Below are positions 9,742-19,158 of a stretch of 43,114 bases of DNA, piece after piece. Made by a program: the position numbers and the translations under genes. The notes beneath the pieces are model-generated. The model had not been told where the DNA came from, did no database searches, and was given only the letters and a program-made list of their open reading frames with translations. Origin of the DNA: Solirubrobacteraceae bacterium. Lineage in GTDB: Bacteria; Actinomycetota; Thermoleophilia; Solirubrobacterales; Solirubrobacteraceae. The stretch is taken from NCBI GenBank assembly GCA_036268015.1, contig DATAUX010000224.1, positions 1 to 43,114 on the forward strand, read 5' to 3'. The first letter of the stretch is position 1, and every line of letters starts with the position of its first letter.

Positions 9742-10083
9742 AGCCCGCCGTGCCGGTGGGGGTCCGATCTCTGACGACGAAGCGCGCCTGCGGTGCCGCC
9801 GAGACTACCGCTTGACTTCTGGCGTCCGCGTACAATAAGCGACAGACTGCCGGTCCCCGTGGACTGTCGGGGGTGGAGCGCCACAGACATCATCAAAGTG
9901 TCGATGTTCGTACGAACGGCGCCGGAGACGCGCGCTCTCGCGCCGGCCGACCCGGCCCGCGTGAGCGCGTCGGCGAGCGTCGGACCGGTCTGCAGCGCGC
10001 CGCCGTCCCGCACGGCACAATCGGCGGCGGCCGACCCGGCCCGGCCCGGAATCCTTCCGCGACCGGGTCGGCGCCGCCGGGCC

Positions 10084-10905
10084 TCAGTGTCCGGCTGCCA
10101 GCTGACTTCGATGGGCCGCGTACTGCCGGGCGAACCCGACCACGAAACGCGGGTTGTAGCGGGCGTACCGACGCCACAGCCGGCGCGGCTCGTGCATCAG
10201 CCGGTAGGTCCATTCGAGTCCGAGGCTCTGCATCCATGACGGCGCCTGGGGCACCAGGCCGGCGTGGAAGTCGAAGGCCGCGCCGACGCCGATCAGCATC
10301 GGCACGTCGAGCCGCTCGCGCAGCCGTCCCATCCAGATCTCCTGCTTCGGCTGGCCGGTCCCGACCCAGACGACGTCGGCGCCCGACGCGTTGATCTGCT
10401 CGACGATCCAGTCGTCCTCGCTCTGCGTCGGCGGCGTGAACGGCGGCGCGTAGCCGCCGACGATGCGCACGCCGGGAAACCGCTCGCGCAGGTTGCGGGC
10501 CAGCGCCATCAGGGCGCCCTGGTTGCGACCGCCGTACAGGTACATCCGCAGGCCGGACGTCGCCGCCCGCTCGCAGTACCGGGCCATCAGCTCGGGTCCG
10601 TAGACGCGCGACGTGCCCGTGCTGTGGCCGAGCGCGTGCAGCGCCCAGACCAGGGGCTGCCCATCCGGGACGGCGAGCGTGGCTCCGAGCACGGCGTCGC
10701 GGGTCGCCTGGTCCTCCTGGGCGACCATCACGAGGTGGACCGCCGCAGCCGTGAGGTAGCCCCGCGATCTGCTGGCGACCATCGCGTCCATCCAGTCCAT
10801 CGTGGCCTCGTAGTCCGACAGGGCCAGCGGGACGCCGAGCACATCGGCCTGCGGGAGCGGCAGCGGCGTCGGCACTACCTGTTGCGTTGGTGTAGGGCTG
10901 GTCAT
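10084..10905 (-). CDS. WecB/TagA/CpsF-family glycosyltransferase (N-acetylmannosaminyl(uronosyl)transferase-like)
   Basis: ORF 10084..10905. Family motifs: VPDGQPLVWA, MYLYGG, FPGVRIVGGYAPPF, ADVVWVGTGQPKQEIW, IGVGAAFDFHAG, EWTYRL..EPRRLWRRY. Confidence 0.9.
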   Translation of the reverse strand: MTSPTPTQQVVPTPLPLPQADVLGVPLALSDYEATMDWMDAMVASRSRGYLTAAAVHLVMVAQEDQATRDAVLGATLAVPDGQPLVWALHALGHSTGTSRVYGPELMARYCERAATSGLRMYLYGGRNQGALMALARNLRERFPGVRIVGGYAPPFTPPTQSEDDWIVEQINASGADVVWVGTGQPKQEIWMGRLRERLDVPMLIGVGAAFDFHAGLVPQAPSWMQSLGLEWTYRLMHEPRRLWRRYARYNPRFVVGFARQYAAHRSQLAAGH

Positions 10906-11036
10906 TGCCGGGCCTACCCCCTAAATGTAGGGTTGGTCATTTACCGTACCTACCCCATAAACGCAGTTTCGCACGAAAGGTTGTGCACTTGCTCGGAGGA
11001 GTCGACGATCCGTCGGACTACACTGGTCGGCGAGCG

Positions 11037-12284
11037 ATGCGGGTGGGCATTATCGGACTCGGCTACGTCGGGCTGCCCCTCGCGGTCGCGTTCGCCCGTG
11101 CCGGGACCGAGGTCGTCGCCGTCGACATCGATCCGCGGAAGATCGAGGCGATCAGGGCGGGACGGTCCTACATCGAGGACGTCGACTCCGACGAGCTGGC
11201 CGGCCTGCGCGACCTGATCGACCCGACCACGCACTACGACGGCCTCGCCCGGACCGACGCGATCCTGATCTGCGTGCCGACGCCGCTGACCGGCAACCGG
11301 GAGCCCGACCTGACGCCGCTGCTGGACGCGGCGACAGGTCTGGCCGGGGTCGTCCGCCGGGGTCAGCTCGTCGTGCTCGAGTCGACGACCTACCCGGGGA
11401 CGACCCGCGGGCGGCTCGTCCCGCTGCTCGAGGAGTCGGGCCTCGCCGCGGGTCGGGACTTCCACCTCGCGTTCTCGCCCGAACGGGTCGATCCCGGCCG
11501 GACGGACTACACGCTGCGGTCGACGCCGAAGGTCGTCGGCGGGCTGACCGAGGCGTGCGGCGACCGGGCCGAGGAGGTCTACGGGATCGTCTGCGACCAG
11601 ATCGTCCGCGTCTCGACGCCCGAGGCGGCCGAGCTGGCCAAGCTGCTCGAGAACATCTTCCGGTCGGTCAACATCGCCCTCGTCAACGAGCTGGCGATGC
11701 TCACCGACAGGATGGGGATCGACATCTGGGAGGTGATCGACGCGGCCGCGACCAAGCCGTACGGGTTCATGCGTTTCGAGCCCGGCCCGGGCATGGGCGG
11801 CCACTGCCTGCCGGTCGACCCGTTCTACCTGTCGTGGCGGGCCCGCGAGTTCGACATGTCGACCGAGTTCATCGAGCTGGCCGGGAAGATCAACCAGCAG
11901 ATGCCCTACCACTGCGTCAGCAAGGTCGAGCGGGCGCTCAACGACTACGGGAAGGCCGTCCGCGGGTCGAAGATCGCCGTGCTCGGCGTCAGCTACAAGC
12001 CCGGCGTCGCCGACGTCCGCGAGTCGCCCGCGCTGAAGATCATCGCCCTGCTCGGCGGTCTGGGCGCCGACCTCGCCTACCACGATCGGTTCGTCCCCGA
12101 CCTGCCGGACTACGGCCTTCGGTCGGTGCCGATCGACGACGCGCTCGCCGGCGCCGACCTCGCGCTGATAGTCACCGCCCACGCCGGACTCGACTACGCC
12201 GGCCTGGCCGACCTCGTGCCGTGTGTGATCGACCTTCGCGGGGCGACCCGGTCGCGGAACGCCGCCAACCTCCTGCGGCTCTGA
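11037..12284 (+). CDS. UDP-N-acetyl-D-hexosamine 6-dehydrogenase (WbpA/WecC-like nucleotide-sugar dehydrogenase)
   Basis: ATG at 11037 inside ORF 10905..12284. Begins MRVGIIGLGYVGLPLAVAFA. Motifs PGPGMGGHCLPVDP (catalytic Cys) and LGVSYKPGVADVRESPA. Confidence 0.9.
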   Translation: MRVGIIGLGYVGLPLAVAFARAGTEVVAVDIDPRKIEAIRAGRSYIEDVDSDELAGLRDLIDPTTHYDGLARTDAILICVPTPLTGNREPDLTPLLDAATGLAGVVRRGQLVVLESTTYPGTTRGRLVPLLEESGLAAGRDFHLAFSPERVDPGRTDYTLRSTPKVVGGLTEACGDRAEEVYGIVCDQIVRVSTPEAAELAKLLENIFRSVNIALVNELAMLTDRMGIDIWEVIDAAATKPYGFMRFEPGPGMGGHCLPVDPFYLSWRAREFDMSTEFIELAGKINQQMPYHCVSKVERALNDYGKAVRGSKIAVLGVSYKPGVADVRESPALKIIALLGGLGADLAYHDRFVPDLPDYGLRSVPIDDALAGADLALIVTAHAGLDYAGLADLVPCVIDLRGATRSRNAANLLRL

Positions 12285-12314
12285 GCTCGTGAGCCGATCA
12301 GGCGAGGCCTGCGC

Positions 12315-13325
12315 GTGAGCCGGCCGGTGACGGTCGCCGTGGTCGGCCTCGGCTACTGGGGTCCGAACCTCGCCCGGAACTTCGACGCCCTGCCGGGCTG
12401 CGAGCTGCGCTGGTGCTGCGACGGCGACCCGGCGGTCCGCGAGCGCCTGGCCCAGACGTTCGGCGGCGCGCGCTTCACCGACTCGCTCGACGCGGTCCTC
12501 GCCGACCCCGAGCTCGACGCCGTCGTCCTCGCGACACCGGTTCCCAGCCACGCCGACCTGGCGCTCCGCGTGCTGGAGGCGGGCAAGCACTGCTTCGTCG
12601 AGAAGCCGCTGGCCAGGTCGGCCGAGGATGCCCAACGTGTCGTCGACGCGGCGGCCGCGGCCGACCGGGTCGTGATGGTCGGACACCTGCTCGAATATCA
12701 CCCGGGCGTCCGCAAGCTCAAGGACGTCGTCGAGTCGGGCGAGCTCGGCGAGATCCACTACGTCTACTCCAACCGGCTCAACCTCGGCCAGCTGCGGGCC
12801 GACGAGAACGCCCTCTGGAGTCTCGGCGCCCACGACGTCTCCGTCCTCCTGATGCTCGCCGGCGAGGAGCCGTACGAGGTCACCGCCCGCGGCGAGTCGT
12901 ACATGCGCAACGGCATCGAGGACGTCGTCTTCGGCTTCCTGCGCTTCCCGTCCGGCCTGGCGGCCCATCTCCATCTGAGCTGGCTCGATCCCCACAAGGA
13001 GCGGCGGTTCACGGTCGTCGGATCGAAGCGGATGGCGACCTTCGACGACATGGCGCTCGAGCGGAAGCTGACGATCTACGACAAGGGCTTCGACGAGGCG
13101 GCCGACAGCTACGGCGAGTACATCACCCGGTCGGGCGAGGCGACCAGCCCGCAGATCGCGAACGCCGAGCCGCTGCGCCTGGAGTGTCAGCACTTCGTCG
13201 AGTGCGTCCGCGACGGGACGGTCCCGACCTCGGACGGCCGCAGCGGCCTGCGGGTCGTCCGCGTGCTCGAAGACCTCCAGGACGCGCTCGAGCGATCGCG
13301 TCGAAGTCCGGCCGGATCGCGATGA
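12315..13325 (+). CDS. Gfo/Idh/MocA-family oxidoreductase (WbpB-like UDP-GlcNAcA 3-dehydrogenase)
   Basis: ORF 12315..13325. Motifs VAVVGLGYWGPNLARNF and HCFVEKPLA. Lies between the WbpA-like and WbpD-like genes. Confidence 0.85.
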   Translation: MSRPVTVAVVGLGYWGPNLARNFDALPGCELRWCCDGDPAVRERLAQTFGGARFTDSLDAVLADPELDAVVLATPVPSHADLALRVLEAGKHCFVEKPLARSAEDAQRVVDAAAAADRVVMVGHLLEYHPGVRKLKDVVESGELGEIHYVYSNRLNLGQLRADENALWSLGAHDVSVLLMLAGEEPYEVTARGESYMRNGIEDVVFGFLRFPSGLAAHLHLSWLDPHKERRFTVVGSKRMATFDDMALERKLTIYDKGFDEAADSYGEYITRSGEATSPQIANAEPLRLECQHFVECVRDGTVPTSDGRSGLRVVRVLEDLQDALERSRRSPAGSR

Positions 13326-14035
13326 CCCTGCGCGCCGACGATCGCGGGCCTGGCCTCCACGTCGGCGAGGATGTCGAGATCGCCGGGGATGTCGTCTTCG
13401 GGGCGCATGTCACCGTCCACGACGGGACGCGGATCGGGCCGGGTTGCGTGATCGAGGATGGCGTCGTGCTCGGCAAGCGGCCCCGCCTGGCCCGGCACTC
13501 GGCGGGCCGCGGGCGGCCGCTGGCGGGCGTCGAGCTCGGCGCGCGGGTGACCGTGTGCAGCGGGGCCGTCGTCTTCGCCGGCGGGGTGATCGCAGACGAG
13601 GCGATCGTCGGCGACCAGTCGTTCGTCCGCGAGCGGACCCGGGTCGGCCGGGCGAGCGTCGTCGGCCGGGGGAGCGTGCTCGACAACGACGTCGTCGTCG
13701 GCGATCGGGTGCGGATCCAGACGAACGTGTACATCACGGCCTGGTCGGTCGTCGAGGACGATGTCTTCGTCGGGCCGGGGGCGTCGACGACGAACGACGA
13801 CACGATGTCCCGTCACGGACCGGACTACGCCCTCCGGGGGGCGACGCTGCGCCGGGCGTGTCGAGTCGGCGGGGCCGCCGTGCTGGTCCCGGGTGTCGAG
13901 ATCGGCGAGGAGGCGTTCGTCGCGGCGGGGGCGGTCGTCACCCGCGACGTCCCGGCCCGGGCGGTCGTGATGGGTGTCCCGGCGCGGGTCGTCCGCCGGG
14001 TCTCCGACGCCGACCTGCTCGAGCGGTGGCGCTGA
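13322..14035 (+). CDS. left-handed beta-helix (hexapeptide) N-acetyltransferase, WbpD-like
   Basis: ATG at 13322 overlaps the upstream stop (ATGA). Hexapeptide repeats [LIV]-G-x4 run throughout, for example IGPGCVIEDGVVLG, VGRASVVGRGSVLDNDVVVGDRVRIQ. Confidence 0.85.
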   Translation: MTLRADDRGPGLHVGEDVEIAGDVVFGAHVTVHDGTRIGPGCVIEDGVVLGKRPRLARHSAGRGRPLAGVELGARVTVCSGAVVFAGGVIADEAIVGDQSFVRERTRVGRASVVGRGSVLDNDVVVGDRVRIQTNVYITAWSVVEDDVFVGPGASTTNDDTMSRHGPDYALRGATLRRACRVGGAAVLVPGVEIGEEAFVAAGAVVTRDVPARAVVMGVPARVVRRVSDADLLERWR

Positions 14036-14226
14036 GCGGGGTGACCCGGACTGCGAAGCTGGGGCGCGGGGTTCCGGCTGTCGAACGCCGCCCGGCAGGC
14101 GATCGACGCGGACGGGGGCCTCGGGTTCTACACCCGGCTGAGGTGGGCCGGGACGGATCTCGCGCCGCCTGGTCGCGAGGTGTCGTCCGAATGAATGGAT
14201 CCGTTGAGACCGGGTAGCCCGTCGTC

Positions 14227-14469
14227 ATGGTGTTGGGAATCGCAGCCGTGGCGCTCGGGCTCTGGTGCTGTGGATGGGTCGTCCGGCGACCCGCCGCGGT
14301 CGCCGAGCGCCAGCAGGAGGACCGGGCGATGCCGTGGATCGGCAACCACCGCCTCCACGGTTGGACGGAGAAGGTGATCGCGATGCTGCCGCTGGGGGCC
14401 GAGCGGGTTCTCCTCTTCCTGCTCGGCCTGATGATCGTCGCCGGCGGAGCCGTCGACATCGCCGGCTGA
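14227..14469 (+). CDS. small hypothetical membrane protein (2 predicted TM)
   Basis: ORF 14227..14469. GC3 is very high and there are two hydrophobic segments. No family recognised. Confidence 0.45.
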   Translation: MVLGIAAVALGLWCCGWVVRRPAAVAERQQEDRAMPWIGNHRLHGWTEKVIAMLPLGAERVLLFLLGLMIVAGGAVDIAG

Positions 14470-14536
14470 TGCCGACGGTCTCGGGCCACCTCCGGTGTCC
14501 AGTCCACCTCCCGATTGCCGGAGGGGCTGACACACG

Positions 14537-14911
14537 TTGATCCGCGACCGGGCCAGCGCCGTCCGGCCATGGGCGACGACGGCTGCCCCGTATCTCGTCG
14601 TCATCCTGTCCGCCGGGTTCCACGTCATCCCGCGATGGACCGGGGACGCGGCGCCCGGTGTCTGGCTCGCCCATCTCGCGCTCCAGCGCGATCAGGCGCT
14701 GGCCAAGGAGGTTCTCGGCGCCAGCTTCGCGATCGCCGCCGTCGTGCGGCTCGTCGGCGGCGTCGCGGGTGCCCCGATCGCCGTCCGGGCGGGTGTGCTC
14801 GAGGTGGTGGGGACGTTGGCCGTCTTCTGCCTGGGGGCGCGACCCGCGGATCGGGATGCGCACGGAGCTGGGTTCGCGCTCGCCCCGGGCGTGCGAGGAT
14901 CCGACCGATGA
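14537..14911 (+). CDS. hypothetical membrane protein
   Basis: ORF 14537..14911 with a TTG start. GC3 is high and there are 3-4 hydrophobic segments. The stop overlaps the ATG of the next gene (ATGA). Confidence 0.45.
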   Translation: MIRDRASAVRPWATTAAPYLVVILSAGFHVIPRWTGDAAPGVWLAHLALQRDQALAKEVLGASFAIAAVVRLVGGVAGAPIAVRAGVLEVVGTLAVFCLGARPADRDAHGAGFALAPGVRGSDR

Positions 14912-15990
14912 GACGGTTGACGTTGTGCGCCCCCGCGGTCGTCGTGTGCCTGCTCTTCGCCGCCCCCGCCGGCGCGGCCGGCGGGGCCACGGTCTTTCGG
15001 ACTCTCAACGCCGACGGGACCGGGACGTTGAGCGCGAGCACGCCGACCCAGCCCGCCGCCGAGACCTGGTCGTGGGAAGCGTGCGCCGCTGACGGCACGT
15101 CGTGCGTCCCGTTCGCGACCGGCGCGACGATCACGACGAACGGGGCAGGCCCGAACACGGTGTTCGAGGCCACGGCAAGCGACGGCCCGACCGCGGCGAG
15201 CCCGGTCTGGGCCGGCAGCCTGACGTCGATCTCCCCACCGAGCGTCTCCGGCGCGCTCCGGGCGAACGCCCTCGTCACGCCCAACCCCGGCGGTTGGACC
15301 GGCGGCTGGCCCGACGACTACCACCAGACGCAGCTCGCCGCCTGCACGGACCCGCAGGGCACCCAGTGCATAACGCTGACCGACACCCACTTCGCCGGCG
15401 GCTGTGTCGGCGGCGCCGCGGTGATCGACCCGGCGTTCGCCGGCCGCTACCTCCGCGTCGCCGACCACATCGTCGGCCCGAACGAGCTGATCGCCGACTA
15501 CGCCCTCAGCTCGCCGTACGGGTCGGCGATCTGGGCCGCCGGCCCGCGGACGTCCGTGGCCGTGCTCGGCGTGATCGCCCCGGCGACCGGCCCGCCGACG
15601 GCGAGCTGTGCCGTCCCCTACGACGGCGCGGCGGGCCCGCCCGTGACGACCCCCGGGACGCCGCCGCCGGCCGCGTCGCCGGCCCCCGCCCCGGCACCGC
15701 CGTCGAGCGCCAGGCGCCAGCCGTCGGCGACCGCGGCGCTGAGCGCAACCGGTGGAGCCGTCGTGCACGCGACCGCGAAGTGCGCGGTCACGCTCGAGGC
15801 CAGCCACGGCCGCCACCATGTCCACGTCACCCACACGGTCGCCGCCTCGAAGACCGTCGACATTCGCATTCCGCCCGCCCGGCTGCGGCGACTCGGGTCC
15901 GGAAGGACCGTGTTCGCCGTGCTCGTGAACGGGATCCGCCGCACGACGCGCGTGGTCGAGATCCCCCGCGTGATCGCGATCCCCGGGTAG
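14908..15990 (+). CDS. secreted hypothetical protein with Pro/Ala-rich linker
   Basis: ATG at 14908 inside ORF 14515..15990. Signal peptide MRRLTLCAPAVVVCLLFAAPAGAAG. Several Cys pairs and a PPAASPAPAPAPP linker. Confidence 0.65.
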   Translation: MRRLTLCAPAVVVCLLFAAPAGAAGGATVFRTLNADGTGTLSASTPTQPAAETWSWEACAADGTSCVPFATGATITTNGAGPNTVFEATASDGPTAASPVWAGSLTSISPPSVSGALRANALVTPNPGGWTGGWPDDYHQTQLAACTDPQGTQCITLTDTHFAGGCVGGAAVIDPAFAGRYLRVADHIVGPNELIADYALSSPYGSAIWAAGPRTSVAVLGVIAPATGPPTASCAVPYDGAAGPPVTTPGTPPPAASPAPAPAPPSSARRQPSATAALSATGGAVVHATAKCAVTLEASHGRHHVHVTHTVAASKTVDIRIPPARLRRLGSGRTVFAVLVNGIRRTTRVVEIPRVIAIPG

Positions 15991-16027
15991 CGCCGCGCCG
16001 CCATCGCCGGCGGCCGACCGGGCCGGC

Positions 16028-17101
16028 TCAGCGCAGCGCGGCGACCACCGCGTCCGCCTGCGCCCGGTCGAGAACCGGGCTCATCGGGATCGCGAGATGC
16101 GTTCGGGCGGCCTCGTCGGTGCCCGGCAGGTCCAGCTCGCAGAGCATCGCCGGCTGGCGGTGGATCGGCCGCCGGTAGTACGCCTTGTGGCCGATTCCGG
16201 CCGCGCCCAGCGCCAGCGCGACGTCCTCGATCCGCTGGCTGCGGATCACGTAGAGGTGCCACGCCGGCCGTGACCCGTCGGTCGGCCGCGGCAGGTCGAC
16301 GAGCTCGCCGAGGCCGCCCGCCGCGTAGTGGTCGCCGGCCGCCCGCCGGCCGTCCGCCCACCGGTCGACATGTGGCAGCTGGACCCGCAGCACGGCCGCC
16401 TGGAGCTCGTCGAGGCGCGAGTTGTAGCCGACATGCTCGTGCGTCTGCTTGTCGTGCGACCCGTGGAAGCGCAGCATCCTGACCCGCTCGGCGATCTCAG
16501 CGTCGCTCGTCGTGACCGCGCCCCCGTCGCCGAACCCGCCGAGATTCTTCGACGGGAAGAACGACCACGTCGCAGCCGTCCCCAGGCCACCCGGCCGGCC
16601 GGCCGTGCAGATCGACCCGGCCGCCTGGGCGGCGTCCTCGAGGACCGGCACACCGAGCGCCTCGATCTCGGCGACCGGCGCGAGGTTTCCGAACAGGTGG
16701 ACCGCGATCACCGCCTTGGTCCGGGGCGTCAGGGCCGCCTTGACGGTCTCGGCCGTCACGCAGAACGTCTCCGGGTCGATGTCGCAGAAGACCGGGACCG
16801 CCCCGATCGGCGGGATCGCCTCGGCGCTCGCGAAGAAGCTGAACGACGGGACGACGACCTCGTCGCCGGGGCCGACACCGATCGCCCGCAGGGCGATCGT
16901 GATCGCCTCCGTCCCGTTCGCCACGCCGATCCCGTGCGCGGCCCCGCAGAAGCTCGCGAACTCGTCCTCGAAGGCCGCGACCTCCGGCCCGAGGATGTAC
17001 CGACCGCCGTCGAGGACCCGGTCGATCGCCGCCCGCAGGTCGGCTCGCAGGGGTTCCTGCGGCGTCTTCGTGTCGAACAGGTCCACCTTCAAGTCGCCCA
17101 T
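16028..17101 (-). CDS. DegT/DnrJ/EryC1/StrS-family PLP aminotransferase (WbpE-like)
   Basis: ATG at 17101 inside ORF 16028..17629. Motifs GPEVAAFEDEFA, VANGTEAITIAL, SFFPSKNLGGFGDGG (PLP Lys), YNSRLDELQAA. Confidence 0.9.
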   Translation of the reverse strand: MGDLKVDLFDTKTPQEPLRADLRAAIDRVLDGGRYILGPEVAAFEDEFASFCGAAHGIGVANGTEAITIALRAIGVGPGDEVVVPSFSFFASAEAIPPIGAVPVFCDIDPETFCVTAETVKAALTPRTKAVIAVHLFGNLAPVAEIEALGVPVLEDAAQAAGSICTAGRPGGLGTAATWSFFPSKNLGGFGDGGAVTTSDAEIAERVRMLRFHGSHDKQTHEHVGYNSRLDELQAAVLRVQLPHVDRWADGRRAAGDHYAAGGLGELVDLPRPTDGSRPAWHLYVIRSQRIEDVALALGAAGIGHKAYYRRPIHRQPAMLCELDLPGTDEAARTHLAIPMSPVLDRAQADAVVAALR

Positions 17102-17147
17102 CGTATGCCCTCCGATCGGCGTCGTTAGGCTCCCGACCCTCACCGCC

Positions 17148-18305
17148 ATGGCCGATCTCCCCGAAACCGCTCCGAAAGAGGAAGCACAGCTGCCGGCGAG
17201 CACGTCCGTCGCAGACGGTCGCCCCCGCGCCGTCCGGCCCGACTTCTGGCGCGGGCGCCGGGTCCTCGTGACCGGGCACACCGGCTTCAAGGGGGCCTGG
17301 CTGTCGCTCTGGCTCCAGCGGCTCGGCGCCGAGCTGACCGGCTTCTCGCTCGGCCCGCCGACGGACCCGTCGCTGTTCGTGCTCGGCAACGTCGCCGACG
17401 GCATGCGGACCGTCGATGGTGACATCCGCGACCACGAGGCCGTCACCCGGGCGGTCGCCGACGCCGCGCCCGAGGTCGTCATCCACATGGCCGCCCAGCC
17501 GATGGTCAGGCGGTCGTTCGCCGAGCCGAGACTCACATATGAGACGAATGTCATGGGCACCGTCAACCTGCTCGACGCCGTTCGCCTCGACGGCCGCGCC
17601 CGTGTCGTGATCAACGTGACAACGGACAAGTGCTACGAGAATCGCGAGTGGGAATGGGGTTACCGCGAGCACGAGCCGATGGGTGGACACGACCCGTACT
17701 CGAGCTCGAAGGGCTGCTCCGAGCTCGTCACCAGCGCGTTTCGCCGGTCCTTCTTCGCCGACCCCGACGGCCCCCGGCTGGCGTCGGCCCGCGCCGGAAA
17801 CGTGATCGGAGGAGGCGACTGGGGCGAGGATCGACTTGTTCCCGACATCATGCGCGCCGCCCTCGGCGGGTCGCCGCTTCGCCTCCGCAACCCGAACTCG
17901 ATCCGGCCGTGGCAGCACGTCGTCAATCCGCTGAGCGGTTATCTGCTGCTTGCCGAGGCCCTCTGGGGCTCGGCCGCCTTCGCGGATGCCTGGAACTTCG
18001 GGCCCGCCGACGAGGACGCCCGCCCGGTCGGCTGGATCCTCGACCGGTTGTCCGCCGCCTGGCCCGAGCGCCTCGAATGGGCCGTCGACGACGGTCCCCA
18101 TCCGCACGAGGCCCAGTACCTCAAGCTCGACTCGTCCCGCGCCCGCGGCCGGCTCGGCTGGCGGCCGACGGTCGGGCTGGACGCGGCCCTGAAGAGCATC
18201 GCCGACTGGCACGTCGCACTCCGCGACGCCGCCGACATGAAGGCCGTCACGCTCGGCCAGATCGAGCTGCTCGCCGCCGGTGGGAAGATCCCCGACTCGG
18301 GCTGA
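17148..18305 (+). CDS. rfbG: CDP-glucose 4,6-dehydratase
   Basis: ATG at 17148 inside ORF 16449..18305. Motifs FWRGRRVLVTGHTGFKGAWLSLWL, TTDKCYEN, DPYSSSKGCSELV, IRPWQHVVNPLSGYL. Confidence 0.9.
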   Translation: MADLPETAPKEEAQLPASTSVADGRPRAVRPDFWRGRRVLVTGHTGFKGAWLSLWLQRLGAELTGFSLGPPTDPSLFVLGNVADGMRTVDGDIRDHEAVTRAVADAAPEVVIHMAAQPMVRRSFAEPRLTYETNVMGTVNLLDAVRLDGRARVVINVTTDKCYENREWEWGYREHEPMGGHDPYSSSKGCSELVTSAFRRSFFADPDGPRLASARAGNVIGGGDWGEDRLVPDIMRAALGGSPLRLRNPNSIRPWQHVVNPLSGYLLLAEALWGSAAFADAWNFGPADEDARPVGWILDRLSAAWPERLEWAVDDGPHPHEAQYLKLDSSRARGRLGWRPTVGLDAALKSIADWHVALRDAADMKAVTLGQIELLAAGGKIPDSG

Positions 18306-18329
18306 CGCCGGCAGGCTAGAGTCGGGCGG

Positions 18330-19148
18330 ATGAGCTCACACGCCGACAAGGTCGCCGCCTTCCGTGCCCTCCACGTCCCCGGCCGGCCGCTCCTGCTCCC
18401 GAACCCGTGGGACGCCGGCAGCGCCCGGCTGCTCGCCTCACTCGGCTACCGCGCCGTCGCGACCACCAGCAGCGGCCACGCCGCCACGCTCGGTCGCCGC
18501 GACGGCCTCGTGACCCGCGACGAGGCGCTCGACCACGCCGCTTCGATCGTCGCGGCCGTCGATCTGCCCGTCTCCGCCGACCTCGAGAACGGCTTCGCCG
18601 ACGACCCGGACGCCGTCTTCGCCACGATCGCCGCGGCCGCCGGGATCGGTCTTGCCGGCGCGTCGATCGAGGACTTCGCCAACCGCGCCGACCAGCCGAT
18701 CTACCCGATCGAGCTCGCCGCCGAGCGAGTCGCCGCGGCCGCCCGTGCCGCGCACGCGGACCCCGGGCTCGTCCTCACCGCCCGGGCCGAGAACCTGATC
18801 CGCGGGAATCCCGATCTCGACGACACGATCGCCCGCCTCCAGGCCTACGAGGCCGCCGGCGCCGACGTCCTCTACGCCCCCGGCCTGACCACGCTCGACG
18901 AGATCCGCCGCGTCGTCGACGCCGTCGGCCTACCCGTCAACGTCCTCGTCCGCCCGGGTGTCGCCACCGTCGCCGAGCTCGCCGACGCCGGCGTCGCCCG
19001 GATCTCGGTCGGCGGCGCGTTCAGCCAGGTCGCGCTCGCCGCGCTCGACGGCGCCGCCCGCGAGCTGATCGAGCACGGCACGTACTCGTTCCTCGGGGTC
19101 GCCGCCCACGGCCGCGACGTCGCCGCCGCGGCGTTCGCCGAACGCTGA
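18330..19148 (+). CDS. isocitrate lyase/PEP mutase superfamily protein (no KxCGH catalytic loop seen)
   Basis: ORF 18330..19148. Motifs LLLPNPWDAGSARL, ATTSSG, ADLENGF, ASIEDF. Confidence 0.8.
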   Translation: MSSHADKVAAFRALHVPGRPLLLPNPWDAGSARLLASLGYRAVATTSSGHAATLGRRDGLVTRDEALDHAASIVAAVDLPVSADLENGFADDPDAVFATIAAAAGIGLAGASIEDFANRADQPIYPIELAAERVAAAARAAHADPGLVLTARAENLIRGNPDLDDTIARLQAYEAAGADVLYAPGLTTLDEIRRVVDAVGLPVNVLVRPGVATVAELADAGVARISVGGAFSQVALAALDGAARELIEHGTYSFLGVAAHGRDVAAAAFAER

Positions 19149-19158
19149 CCGGCCGCGG

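Noticed and set aside
9812-9836. TTGACT / TACAAT as a canonical sigma-70-type promoter
   Set aside because: The spacer is only 13 bp by my count (16-18 expected). It is kept as a low-interest observation and not annotated as a promoter.
9906-9917. GTTCGTACGAAC as an SOS (LexA) box
   Set aside because: The half-sites are in the opposite order to the actinobacterial TCGAAC-N4-GTTCGA and Cheo CGAAC-N4-GTTCG consensus.
18330-19148. PEP mutase (phosphonate biosynthesis) call for the ICL/PEPM-family gene next to rfbG
   Set aside because: I could not find the EDK...KRCGH-type catalytic loop or any neighbouring phosphonopyruvate decarboxylase. It is called only at superfamily level.
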